DNA from: Dehalococcoidia bacterium
GTDB lineage: Bacteria; Chloroflexota; Dehalococcoidia; Dehalococcoidales; RBG-16-60-22
DNA length: 47,669 bases
Reading direction: 5' to 3'
Assembly: GCA_003141235.1 (NCBI GenBank)
Contig: PLLL01000069.1
Location: 8,734-56,402 of the forward strand
Positions within the stretch are counted from its first letter, which is position 1. Each line of letters opens with the position of its first letter. Below are positions 9,997 to 19,270 of the stretch, piece after piece. Made by a program: the position numbers and the translations under genes. The notes beneath the pieces are model-generated. The model did not search any database, had not been told where the DNA came from, and saw nothing but the letters and a program-made list of their open reading frames with translations.

Positions 9997-10788
9997 ATGA
10001 ATGCAGGTAGTTTACATAACTATTCCATCGATATCGAGAATGCGGTGGTTTCTTACCGCGAGGATGTTGCCCTCCGCGGCGTATCGCTGAAAGTTAAAAG
10101 CGGGGAGTTCGTCGGCATTATCGGGCCCAATGGGGCCGGTAAGACCACGCTGCTCACTATCGTGAACGGGATGGGCAGACTGCTTCACGGTCAGGTGAGC
10201 GTCCTTGGCTATACCCTGACTAATGGCAATGGCCATTCCCTGAGGAAAAAGGTCGGTTATGTGGCGCAGGCGCAGACCATCGACCCCAGAATGCCGATAA
10301 GCGTTCGCGAGGTGGCGATGATAGGGCGATACGGTCGTCTCGGACTGTTCCGGAGGCCCGGCAAGCATGACTGGGAAATCGTGGATACGGCGCTGGATAT
10401 GGTGGGGATGACCCATCTTGCCCGGCGCCCGATAGGGCATCTTTCCGGTGGTGAGCAGCAGCGGGTAGCTATTGCGCGCTGCCTGGCCCAGGAACCGGAG
10501 ATATTCCTGCTGGATGAGCCGACAGCTTCACTGGACTGGAAGGCGAAGACCGACATTCTGGAGCTGGTGAAGCGGATTCATGACGCCAGAAAGCTGACCA
10601 CCCTGTTTGTCACCCACGATTTAAGCGCTCTTCCCATTGCCTGTGACCGCGTCGTGCTGATGAAAGACGGACTTATCCGGGACGAAGGCTCGCCCGGAGA
10701 CTTATTGACGGATGTAAAACTGGGGCAGCTCTATGATATGCCCGTGGCTGAGGTGGAAAAAAGACGCGGAGCGGCCGCGCTGGCTTAA
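9997..10788 (+). CDS. Metal ABC transporter ATP-binding protein (ZnuC-like)
   Basis: [26 protein letters not shown]. Confidence 0.93.
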   Translation: MNAGSLHNYSIDIENAVVSYREDVALRGVSLKVKSGEFVGIIGPNGAGKTTLLTIVNGMGRLLHGQVSVLGYTLTNGNGHSLRKKVGYVAQAQTIDPRMPISVREVAMIGRYGRLGLFRRPGKHDWEIVDTALDMVGMTHLARRPIGHLSGGEQQRVAIARCLAQEPEIFLLDEPTASLDWKAKTDILELVKRIHDARKLTTLFVTHDLSALPIACDRVVLMKDGLIRDEGSPGDLLTDVKLGQLYDMPVAEVEKRRGAAALA

Positions 10789-10806
10789 TATTACAGGTAT
10801 TAGCGT

Positions 10807-11655
10807 ATGGATTTCTCTATATTAACTTATCCGTTTATGCAGAATGCGCTCCTTTCCGCCTTCCTTGGCGGTATTGCCTGCGCTGTTATCGGCGTTTTTG
10901 TGGTGCTGCTGCACATGCCCTTTATCGGTGTTTGCATGTCGCACGCCGCTTTCGCCGGGGCACTGCTGGGGCTGTGGCTGGGTTTTGACCCGTTAATCGG
11001 GGCTTTCGCTTTCAGCCTCGGAGTGGCGGCTATCGTCGGTCCGCTGGCTGACCGCGGCGAGCTTAATCCGGAGACATCCGTTGGGGTATTATTTTCTTTG
11101 ATGTTGGGGTTAGCCTTTCTCTTCATGGGATTAATGCCCGGCCCGAAATCACAGGCTTTAGAGCTACTATGGGGCAGTATTCTCACCAATACACGGAGCG
11201 ATATTATAGTTTTAGCCGTAGTGGCTTTCCTGGTAGTAGGTATTGTATTATTGTTCTTCAAGGAGATTCAGGCCACGGTGTTCCAGCGTGATATGGCGCG
11301 CTCCGTGGGCATACCGGCGACGCTGATGCTCTACGGTATTCTTTTTATGACAGGAGCCACGATCACGGCATCATTCAGCTCTATCGGCGGGCTGCTTATT
11401 TTCAGCCTGATTTTAAATCCGGCTGCTGCGGCTTACCAGCTTACTTACAGCCTCAAGCGCATGTTTCTTCTCGCGGCGGCTTTCGGCGTCCTCTCCAGCT
11501 GGACAGGCTTGTTTTTTTCCTATCTTTTCAATATTCCCAGCGGCGCCACCATCGTTATAACTTCCTCGGTAATCTTTGCGATAGCGGTCATTTTTTCTCC
11601 CAAGAGGAAAGTGAAACGCTGGCAGAAGAAGCTGCTGGTGGAGAAAGCATCATGA
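10807..11655 (+). CDS. Metal ABC transporter permease (ZnuB/MntB-like)
   Basis: PFMQNA, MSHAAFAG, LLWGSIL, IPSGATIV; multi-pass membrane protein. Confidence 0.92.
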   Translation: MDFSILTYPFMQNALLSAFLGGIACAVIGVFVVLLHMPFIGVCMSHAAFAGALLGLWLGFDPLIGAFAFSLGVAAIVGPLADRGELNPETSVGVLFSLMLGLAFLFMGLMPGPKSQALELLWGSILTNTRSDIIVLAVVAFLVVGIVLLFFKEIQATVFQRDMARSVGIPATLMLYGILFMTGATITASFSSIGGLLIFSLILNPAAAAYQLTYSLKRMFLLAAAFGVLSSWTGLFFSYLFNIPSGATIVITSSVIFAIAVIFSPKRKVKRWQKKLLVEKAS

Positions 11656-12242
11656 GCAAAGAATTTTTTAATTCCCGGGCCGCAACCTGGGATGAAAAAG
11701 CGGCGGAAAGAGATACAACCAGGCTGGAAGCTATGGCGGCCCGCCTCGATATTAAACCCGGTGCGGCGGTGCTGGATGTGGGCACTGGCACGGGGGTGTT
11801 TGTACCCTATATCTTAAAGAAAATTGGGAGTGAAGGAAAACTTGTCTGCCTCGATTTTGCGGAGGAAATGCTCAAGATAGCGTGTGCCAAGGGCTTTCGG
11901 GGTAATATCGAGTATATATGTGCTGATATTGAAAATTGCCGGCTGCCGGATAAATCCTTTGACGCTGTTGTCTGTTATTCCGTCTTTCCCCATTTTTGTG
12001 ATAAGCCGAAAGCTTTAAAAAAAATCGGCCGCCTCCTGAAGGATAATAGAAAGTTATTTATCTGTCATACTTCAAGCCGTCAGGCCATTAACGATATTCA
12101 TCGGAGTGTGCCGGAGGTCTGCGACCATCTGTTACCCAGGAACGAGGAAATGCGCCGGATGCTGGCCGGGGCTGGATTTAAAGACATCAGCATTGCTGAC
12201 GGCAAAGACGACTATCTGGTAAGCGCCCGGAAGCCCGGCTAG
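11652..12242 (+). CDS. Class I SAM-dependent methyltransferase
   Basis: VLDVGTGTG, LDFAEEML, FDAVVCYSVFPHF. Confidence 0.9.
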   Translation: MSKEFFNSRAATWDEKAAERDTTRLEAMAARLDIKPGAAVLDVGTGTGVFVPYILKKIGSEGKLVCLDFAEEMLKIACAKGFRGNIEYICADIENCRLPDKSFDAVVCYSVFPHFCDKPKALKKIGRLLKDNRKLFICHTSSRQAINDIHRSVPEVCDHLLPRNEEMRRMLAGAGFKDISIADGKDDYLVSARKPG

Positions 12243-12293
12243 ATTTATCTGAATCGGTTGAAATAAGTATCAAGCTGCCTGGAAAACGATACC

Positions 12294-12938
12294 TTATTTA
12301 CCCTCGCTCAGCCCGTGTTGAATGGCTATAACGGCTGCCTGGGTGCGGTCGGATACGCCCAGCTTGGACAGAATGGCGCTGACATGATTCCGCACGGTGC
12401 CCTCGGAAAGAAATAGCCGGTCGGCGATATCCGTGTTGCTTAAACCTCTGGCGATTAAACGTAAAACCTCTATTTCGCGGTCGGTCAATTTGCTGGTAAT
12501 CAAGGTGGCCGGCTGGGTCTGGTGGCTGGAGGCCTGGCGCAGCACTTTCCCGGCTACCGATGGGTCGACAAATGTTTTTCCGGTTACCGTTCCCCTGATT
12601 GCCTTGACGACCTCATCACGGGGCGTATCCTTAAGAAGATACCCCGATGCTCCGGCCTGTATCGCGTCGAACACCCATTCATCGTCGTCGTAAGTGGTCA
12701 GGACAAGAATTTTTATCTCAGGATGCTTCGCTTTTATCTGACGAATAGCCTCGACGCCATTCATAATCGGCATCTTCAAGTCCATTAGAACCAGGTCGGG
12801 CATCTTTTTAGCTACTAACTCCACGGCAGCGGCGCCATCGTCGGCTACGCCGAGGATATCAATATCCGGCTCAAGCTTTAATAACATTTCCAGTCCGTCC
12901 CGGACAATAGCCTGGTCATCGCAAATTACAATTTTCAT
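12294..12938 (-). CDS. NarL/LuxR-family response regulator
   Basis: Receiver CDD..DLVLMD..MP, LTT, YLLK; HTH LTDREIEVL..GLSN.IA..L.LSEGTVRNH. Confidence 0.96.
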   Translation of the reverse strand: MKIVICDDQAIVRDGLEMLLKLEPDIDILGVADDGAAAVELVAKKMPDLVLMDLKMPIMNGVEAIRQIKAKHPEIKILVLTTYDDDEWVFDAIQAGASGYLLKDTPRDEVVKAIRGTVTGKTFVDPSVAGKVLRQASSHQTQPATLITSKLTDREIEVLRLIARGLSNTDIADRLFLSEGTVRNHVSAILSKLGVSDRTQAAVIAIQHGLSEGK

Positions 12939-14287
12939 GGCCGTTCCACCTTTTTAATGACTAACCTGATGGTGGTGCCGGAACCGGGCTTACTGGTGAT
13001 ATTCAGCTCGCCGCCCACCAGTTGTGCGCGTTCCTGCATCCCCGCCAATCCAAAGTGACTGGTTTTATCGATTGTATCTGCGTTAAATCCGGTGCCGTCA
13101 TCACTCACGGAAAGGCTAACTTGACCCTCGATACATTCTAATTTAAGCGTAAGTTTCTTTGCGCTGGCATGTTTCACAGTGTTGGTGATCGCTTCCTGCA
13201 CCACCCGGTAAATACAATGCTCAACATCGGGTGACAGGAGCGGCATCATGATTATTTCCGGCATATCCAGGGTCAGACTGGCGCGTGACGCCGCATCTTC
13301 GGCCATTTTTCTTAAAGCCAGCGCCAAACCCATATCATCCAGAGGACTGGCGCGGAGCGATTTCAGCGCCCGGCGGGTTTCTTCCAGCCCGGAATGAGTG
13401 GCTGTTAAAGATTTTTCCAGTATGGAGTGCGCCGTTGGTTTATCAACGTCCCAATAAGCTTTAATTGTTTCTAACTGGACAGACAGGCCGCTCAGGGTAT
13501 GCGCCAGCGTGTCGTGCAGTTCCAGCGCCAGGCGGTTGCGTTCGCGGCTTGTGGACAACTGCTCCAGCGTGCTGGCATACTGCGTCAGCCGGCTGTTGGC
13601 TGCCTCCAGAGATTGCTGCTGGGCTCTCAACCGGCTCATGAGATAGCTGATGGAAAAACCCACTACCAGGAAAATAACAGTCTGAATCAAAAATACCCCC
13701 AGCACTCCCTGGAAAGGCTGTGTGCCCGGCCCGGCGGAAGACCACCTGACGGCCAGGTTTAAAGCGGTAATCCCCAGGATAATGAACAGGATATGCTGCC
13801 ACTTATATTGCCAGGCAACCAGCAGCAGCGCGACGAACAGAAAAGGAAACATTACCAGTACCGTGGCCTCCGGGGAGCCGAAACGCGGGCCGAGAGGCGA
13901 AAGTTGACCTGTATAATAATTGATAATAACCGGCGAAATAGCGGTAATGGCAATTACTACCGGGATAAACGCCTGCCTGAGCTTTCCCTGTAGCCACGGC
14001 CAGTAGGCCAGAACAAGGCAGAGAAGAGCGATACTCCCGTATAAAATATAGTAAAGATAACTATTATCTTGTACAGTGGCTTGTTGCGGCAACGCTAGCT
14101 GAAGAAATTGTTGAGGCAAAGTCTGGTTTACCGAGGCTTGTTCCAGTATTTGTCGCGGCAGTTGCTCTGATTGCGGTGATTGAAAAACCTGGTTAATAAC
14201 AAATAATACGATGACATAGCCGAGCAAGAGAAAGGCGGCCATACGTATCATCCGTACCGCATCCGAACGTGGAGTTGTAATCTTCAT
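12935..14287 (-). CDS. Membrane sensor histidine kinase (HisKA_3, NarX/DesK-like)
   Basis: About 6 TM helices; ERNRLALELHDTLAH; QEAITN..KHA; DDGTGF; GLAGMQER. Start uncertain (ATG 14287 lies 6 nt after TATAAT; ORF extends to 14332). Confidence 0.93.
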   Translation of the reverse strand: MKITTPRSDAVRMIRMAAFLLLGYVIVLFVINQVFQSPQSEQLPRQILEQASVNQTLPQQFLQLALPQQATVQDNSYLYYILYGSIALLCLVLAYWPWLQGKLRQAFIPVVIAITAISPVIINYYTGQLSPLGPRFGSPEATVLVMFPFLFVALLLVAWQYKWQHILFIILGITALNLAVRWSSAGPGTQPFQGVLGVFLIQTVIFLVVGFSISYLMSRLRAQQQSLEAANSRLTQYASTLEQLSTSRERNRLALELHDTLAHTLSGLSVQLETIKAYWDVDKPTAHSILEKSLTATHSGLEETRRALKSLRASPLDDMGLALALRKMAEDAASRASLTLDMPEIIMMPLLSPDVEHCIYRVVQEAITNTVKHASAKKLTLKLECIEGQVSLSVSDDGTGFNADTIDKTSHFGLAGMQERAQLVGGELNITSKPGSGTTIRLVIKKVERP

Positions 14288-14320
14288 ACCTGCATTATAG
14301 TCCATGGGTATCCTCAATGC

Positions 14321-14460
14321 ATGTAACTCCAATCATTAATTGTTAACTTTCTCCATGACACGTGTCATTATTGCCGGTTGTGTAAATCATGGCAAGGGTC
14401 ACTATTTAATGACACCGCACACTATTCCCTGATTATTTTCTATTATAAGCTGGAGATGAA
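14321..14460 (+). promoter_or_regulatory. Promoter block copy 1 with palindrome ATGACACGTGTCAT (14355-14368)
   Basis: Perfect 14-bp palindrome; aligns without gaps (offset 1840) to the block at 16161-16270. Confidence 0.7.
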
Positions 14461-14615
14461 AAGCAAAAATACAGCGATTAACCTTTGGGATGAAGTAACA
14501 AGGAATGAAAAATATAAAGATTTATAAGAATGAAACACACCGCGGCAAAAGTAATATTTTATTCATAAGTCAAGCGTATTATTAGATTTAAACAGTAAAG
14601 GAGGGAAAAACAGAT

Positions 14616-15440
14616 ATGAAAAATACACCATTTCTAATTGCCGTTATTGTTATCATCATCGGTGTGGTCGGATTCCTTGTTTACCATAGCCAGGCATCGT
14701 CAACTATTACCCTTAATGAAGCGTCTATCGCTTCTTTGGAGAGCCAGGCAACATCACTGGGAAACCAGCTTACGACTGCCAATACCGAGATTACCACATT
14801 ACAGACCCAGGCTCTTGCCGATGGCAACCAAATCAATACTTTACAGAACAATCTGAGTACCTCTACGGCACAGGCCGCTTCATTACAGGGACAGGTGACT
14901 TCGGCTAACGGTCAAATTACCACTTTACAGACCCAGTTGGCTACTATCACTTCGCAGGCTGCCTCGCTGCAGACCCAGTTCGATACCGCTAATGCGCAGC
15001 TTGCCACGCTTCAGACGCAGGTGGGCACCTCCAGTACGCAAATTACGTCCCTGCAAAATCAGCTCGCTACTGCCAATACCCAGATCGTCACGCTGCAGGC
15101 TTCTATTACTACTCTTCAGAGCACGCTTAGTCTGTCTCTTTCCACCACGGAGCTTAACGAGAGCGCTCTCACTCAGGCCGCCGGAGCGGAAACCATGATT
15201 GTCTCCTTTACGGCTGATAATGCAGGATATGTCTACGTAGCGGGCACGAGCTCGAGCGCTACGGCATTCATCCGGGTTACCGGCTCTTACGGCGGGTATA
15301 CCTACACCGGCAGCCACATTTTCGGTACAAGTAATACGGTAATCATACCGGTGTTGCCCGGTACAGTTTATGTCTATTTTGGAAATACGGATTCATCAGG
15401 TACTCCGACAGCTGATATCAGCGTCACTTATGACTATTAA
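14616..15440 (+). CDS. Membrane-anchored protein with uncharged 14-residue coiled-coil repeats and C-terminal beta-rich domain
   Basis: N-terminal TM; about 9 repeats like ANTQITTLQTQLAT; GGAGG RBS. Confidence 0.8.
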   Translation: MKNTPFLIAVIVIIIGVVGFLVYHSQASSTITLNEASIASLESQATSLGNQLTTANTEITTLQTQALADGNQINTLQNNLSTSTAQAASLQGQVTSANGQITTLQTQLATITSQAASLQTQFDTANAQLATLQTQVGTSSTQITSLQNQLATANTQIVTLQASITTLQSTLSLSLSTTELNESALTQAAGAETMIVSFTADNAGYVYVAGTSSSATAFIRVTGSYGGYTYTGSHIFGTSNTVIIPVLPGTVYVYFGNTDSSGTPTADISVTYDY

Positions 15441-15547
15441 TCGAGCGAGGGGGAAACATGATAGTTACGCGGTTGTCTGTCAGTAAGAAGGAGGTAAAGT
15501 GAAAATAACTATCAAACTAACGAATTCAATAAGAAAGGAGGTGAGCT

Positions 15548-16012
15548 ATGTTACGAAATAAGAAATGGATAACCATCATAGTACTGGCAGCTACTTTAGT
15601 AATACTGCTTGGCGTCGTCGGCGGTATGGCTTATGCCGCGACTGGAACCACTACCACCGCTAATACCACTGCCAATGACCCGGCCAAGACCCTGTATGCT
15701 AAAGTCGCCACTATTCTGGGGATTGACCAGACAAAACTGGAAGCAGCGTTTACCCAGGCCCAGAACCAGATGCGTGATGAAGAACTGACCAACCGGCTTA
15801 AGAGTATGGTTGACCAGGGTACCATCACCCAGGCGCAATCCGATGCGTATCTGAAGTGGTGGCAGTCAAGACCTGATGTTGCCTCTCAAATCGATGCCGG
15901 AGGCGGACATGGAATCCCCGGAGGTCCTCAGGGTATGCAGGGACTAGGGGGTAATGCTCCACAGGGACCGGGCGGTAATGCGCCGTCCGCTCCAACCACT
16001 ACCACCAAGTAA
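15548..16012 (+). CDS. Exported helical protein, YckD/DUF2680-like
   Basis: Signal peptide ending AYA; KVATILGID..LEAAF; MVDQGTITQAQSD; Gly/Pro tail; AAGGAGGTG RBS. Confidence 0.7.
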   Translation: MLRNKKWITIIVLAATLVILLGVVGGMAYAATGTTTTANTTANDPAKTLYAKVATILGIDQTKLEAAFTQAQNQMRDEELTNRLKSMVDQGTITQAQSDAYLKWWQSRPDVASQIDAGGGHGIPGGPQGMQGLGGNAPQGPGGNAPSAPTTTTK

Positions 16013-16048
16013 AGTGATACCGTTTTACCTCTTTCTATACTGGCATTT

Positions 16049-16080
16049 GAGAGGGCGAGGTTACTCGCCCTCTCTTGTTT
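16049..16080 (+). terminator. Rho-independent terminator
   Basis: GAGAGGGCGAG-GTTA-CTCGCCCTCTC followed by TTGTTT. Confidence 0.85.
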
Positions 16081-16160
16081 ATCCAGGAATTCCCTCGATC
16101 ATAATCGCTCTGTTTATACCTGTATGTCAACTATTTCATCATCAGGTTAGGCGTTTATAA

Positions 16161-16300
16161 GCATAACTCCAGTCATGCCTTGTCGCCCCTCACCATGACA
16201 GGTGTCATATAAATCAATCAGGTAAATCATGGTTGAAATATCTATTTGATGATTGCAAACACTGTCTGGTGAATTCGGGTCTACGGTAAGCTGATGATGG
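16161..16300 (+). promoter_or_regulatory. Promoter block copy 2 with inverted repeat ATGACAGGTGTCAT (16195-16208)
   Basis: Shares TAACTCCA, CCATGACAnGTGTCAT, GTAAATCATGG, CTATTTnATGA and ACACT with copy 1 at constant spacing. Confidence 0.7.
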
Positions 16301-16322
16301 AAACAAAAAACAGGAGGAAAAA

Positions 16323-16805
16323 ATGAACTGGAAAAAATCACTATGTGTAGCAATTCTTACCGGAGCAGCGTTGGCTGCCATGGCAGGCTGTGGTCAGGTC
16401 GAAACGACAATACCTGCCACAGTGCAGACAACGTCTGTAACACAGCAAAGCACTGCGGTTGCAGTGCAGACACAGTCCGCAACCAAGCAAGGAACTGCAC
16501 CCACAGGGCAGATGCCTCCATCTGGCGTCAGTATTAACGGTACCATGCCGGCTGCTCCAACCATGGATCTGGCAGCGGCGGCAGCCAAGCTTGGGATAAC
16601 CCAGGTCCAGCTGAGCGCAGCACTGGGCAATACCCAGTCGGGGTTTCCGGATCTGGCATCGGCAGCCACAAAGCTCGGCATAACTGAAGACGCGCTCCGG
16701 CAAGCGCTCGGGTTCTCAAATAATGGCACGATGCCGGGCGGTACTCAACAGGGGGGCCCTCCACCGAGTGGTACTCCACCGACTGGCACACTCCCGGCCA
16801 GTTAA
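16323..16805 (+). CDS. Lipoprotein with Thr/Gln linker and two DLAAAAxKLGIT helical repeats
   Basis: Lipobox MAGC; repeats DLAAAAAKLGITQVQLSAALG and DLASAATKLGITEDALRQALG; AGGAGG RBS. Confidence 0.75.
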   Translation: MNWKKSLCVAILTGAALAAMAGCGQVETTIPATVQTTSVTQQSTAVAVQTQSATKQGTAPTGQMPPSGVSINGTMPAAPTMDLAAAAAKLGITQVQLSAALGNTQSGFPDLASAATKLGITEDALRQALGFSNNGTMPGGTQQGGPPPSGTPPTGTLPAS

Positions 16806-16878
16806 ACAAAGTAGTCTGATGGAGCTCTGTGAAATATAAAACTGGTATTTACTTGAAAAGATAATATGAGGTGAAAAA

Positions 16879-18600
16879 GTGAAACTAATGAAAATGGCAA
16901 CCACAATCATGATTCTTTGCGCAGTTCTGTTTCTATCCGTGAGCTGCTCTTCCAAAGCGACTACCACGGTTAAGACACAGAATGTTACGGTCACAAAAGG
17001 AAGTATTTCCGTAGCCATCACCGGCACTGGCAATTTGGCTTTATCCCGCACTGAAAGTCTGGCTTTTGAAATGGCGGGATATGTTGAATCAGTCCTGGTG
17101 AGTGCAGGCGATTCTATCACGAAGGGGCAGAATCTGGCTACGCTGGATACTTCGGAATGGCAAACACAGCTGAAAACCCTGCAAAAAGCGCTGGTAACAG
17201 CGCAGCGTAATCAGACTACTAAGGAAAAGGCTCTTACCACGGCTGAAAAAGCGGTGATTACCAAGGAAAGCGCCGTAACCACTGCCGAGCGCCAGGTTAC
17301 CGCCAAGGGATATTTGGTGCAGCAGGCACAGCTTAATGTAACGTCAGCCAATGATACTCTTTACCAGATAGCAGTCGTGAAAAAAGCCCAGGACGAAATA
17401 GATAACGCTGAATATACTATAAAGTTTGCTACAAACGTGCTGGGGGGTGCGCTAGGGGGAGGACTAACCGGTGATACCGCCTATTGGACCCAGTTGAAAG
17501 CCCTTGCCGAGACAGAACTCATTCAAGCTAAGGCGGATCTGGCAGACATTTTAAGTGGCTACAACCTCACGGTTTCGACAGATGTGGCCCTGCAGGTAGC
17601 TAAAGACCAGCTGGCGGTGACGAAGAGCCAGATGGACCTCGAAGATGCCCAGATAGCGGTAGACACTGCCAAATTGGCTGTTACTGATGCCCAGTTGTCG
17701 GTAGACGATGCCAACTCCTCCGTGACAGACGCCAAACTGGATTTAGAGGATGCAAAAACCGCTGTGGCTGACGCTCAGAGCGCCTTAGATGATGCGAAAG
17801 GCCTCAGCCCGGTTATTACCGCTCCTTTCGACGGCTTTATCAGTAAAGTCAACGTGACCGGAGGAGCCGAAGTATATAAGGGCACAATAGCCATGGTAAT
17901 TGCCGACCCCGACCAGTTTTCGGCGAAGATATCGGTCACCGAAGATGATATCTCCTCTGTCAAACTGGGGTCGGACGCAACGGTTACTGTAACTGCTTTA
18001 TCCGATAGCTTCCCCGCCAAAGTAACTGTGATTTCACCTACGGCTACGATTTCTTCAGGTGTGGTCAGTTACTCAGTCACCGTGAACATAACCTCACTCA
18101 AGCCTATTACCACCACAACTACTACCAGTCAATTGCCGGCATCGGCTAATAGAACAATGCCCTCCGGGCTGCCGTCTGGTAATTTTACAATGCCTACGGC
18201 CGTTCCCCAAACTACTGCGTCAACGACTGCAACCGCCACCAGTACAGCTAACGTAACGCTGAAGGATGGTTTGTCGGCGACGGTTGAAATAGTCTCGCAA
18301 CAAAAAGACAATATCCTCATAATCCTCAGTAAGGCTATCACGAGTAAGAGCGGGGTAAGTACGGTCCAGGTAGTTACTACGGGTACCGCTACCGAGACAC
18401 GCACCATCACCACCGGCATCACCGATGGCACCTATACCGAGATAACCTCGGGGTTGACTGAAGGGGAACAGGTTGTTATTAAATCCAGCACCACTTCATC
18501 CAGTTCTTCTTCCAGTACTATGACAGTCAGTTCGCAGATGCAGCTGCAATCTTTAAGCGGTGGAATGCCGAGCGGCGGGCCGCCCGGAGGAGGGTTCTAA
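16879..18600 (+). CDS. HlyD/MacA-family membrane-fusion (adaptor) lipoprotein
   Basis: Lipoyl half-motifs G.VESVLVSAGDSI.KGQ.LA.LD and ITAPFDG.I; long coiled coil; TGITDG.YTEI.SGL.EGE.V. Confidence 0.9.
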   Translation: MKLMKMATTIMILCAVLFLSVSCSSKATTTVKTQNVTVTKGSISVAITGTGNLALSRTESLAFEMAGYVESVLVSAGDSITKGQNLATLDTSEWQTQLKTLQKALVTAQRNQTTKEKALTTAEKAVITKESAVTTAERQVTAKGYLVQQAQLNVTSANDTLYQIAVVKKAQDEIDNAEYTIKFATNVLGGALGGGLTGDTAYWTQLKALAETELIQAKADLADILSGYNLTVSTDVALQVAKDQLAVTKSQMDLEDAQIAVDTAKLAVTDAQLSVDDANSSVTDAKLDLEDAKTAVADAQSALDDAKGLSPVITAPFDGFISKVNVTGGAEVYKGTIAMVIADPDQFSAKISVTEDDISSVKLGSDATVTVTALSDSFPAKVTVISPTATISSGVVSYSVTVNITSLKPITTTTTTSQLPASANRTMPSGLPSGNFTMPTAVPQTTASTTATATSTANVTLKDGLSATVEIVSQQKDNILIILSKAITSKSGVSTVQVVTTGTATETRTITTGITDGTYTEITSGLTEGEQVVIKSSTTSSSSSSSTMTVSSQMQLQSLSGGMPSGGPPGGGF

Positions 18601-18601
18601 A

Positions 18602-19270
18602 ATGATACAGCTGCAAAATATCATTAAATCCTATCCTATGGGCAAAAGGGAACTGACCGTGCTGCAGGGCGTTAATCTCAACATCGAAAAGGGAGAAATG
18701 GTGGCCATCATGGGGCCCTCCGGCTCAGGCAAGAGCACCCTCCTTAACCTTATCGGTTTGCTGGATAAGCCCACCTCCGGCAGCTATTTGCTGGAAGGTA
18801 AAGAAGTCGGTCAACTCGGTGGCCGGGAGCTGTCTAAAGTACGCGCACAGAAGATAGGTTTTATCTTCCAGAGTTTTAATCTGCTGTCCTATCTTTCGGC
18901 CATCGATAATGTTGAACTGGGACAGGAATATGCCGGCCAAGACAATATTCAGGCGGCTAAAGACGCTTTGATTAAGCTAGGACTGGAAGACCGTATCCAC
19001 CACCGGCCTAACGAGCTTTCAGGGGGTGAACAGCAGAGGGTAGCCGTGGCCCGGGCCCTGGCCAAAGACCCGCCTATCATTATTGCCGATGAGCCGACGG
19101 GAAACCTGGACAGCAAGGCCAGCAAAGAAATAATGAATGTTCTGAGTAACCTGCATAACGAGCGAAATATTACGCTGATAATGGTTACTCACGACCCTAA
19201 TATTGCCCGTTATTGCCAGCGCATTATTCATATTGAGGACGGGCAGATACTAAGCGAGGAAAAGTTATGA
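18602..19270 (+). CDS. MacB/LolD-type ABC ATP-binding protein
   Basis: [40 protein letters not shown]; start placed at ATG 18602. Confidence 0.95.
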   Translation: MIQLQNIIKSYPMGKRELTVLQGVNLNIEKGEMVAIMGPSGSGKSTLLNLIGLLDKPTSGSYLLEGKEVGQLGGRELSKVRAQKIGFIFQSFNLLSYLSAIDNVELGQEYAGQDNIQAAKDALIKLGLEDRIHHRPNELSGGEQQRVAVARALAKDPPIIIADEPTGNLDSKASKEIMNVLSNLHNERNITLIMVTHDPNIARYCQRIIHIEDGQILSEEKL

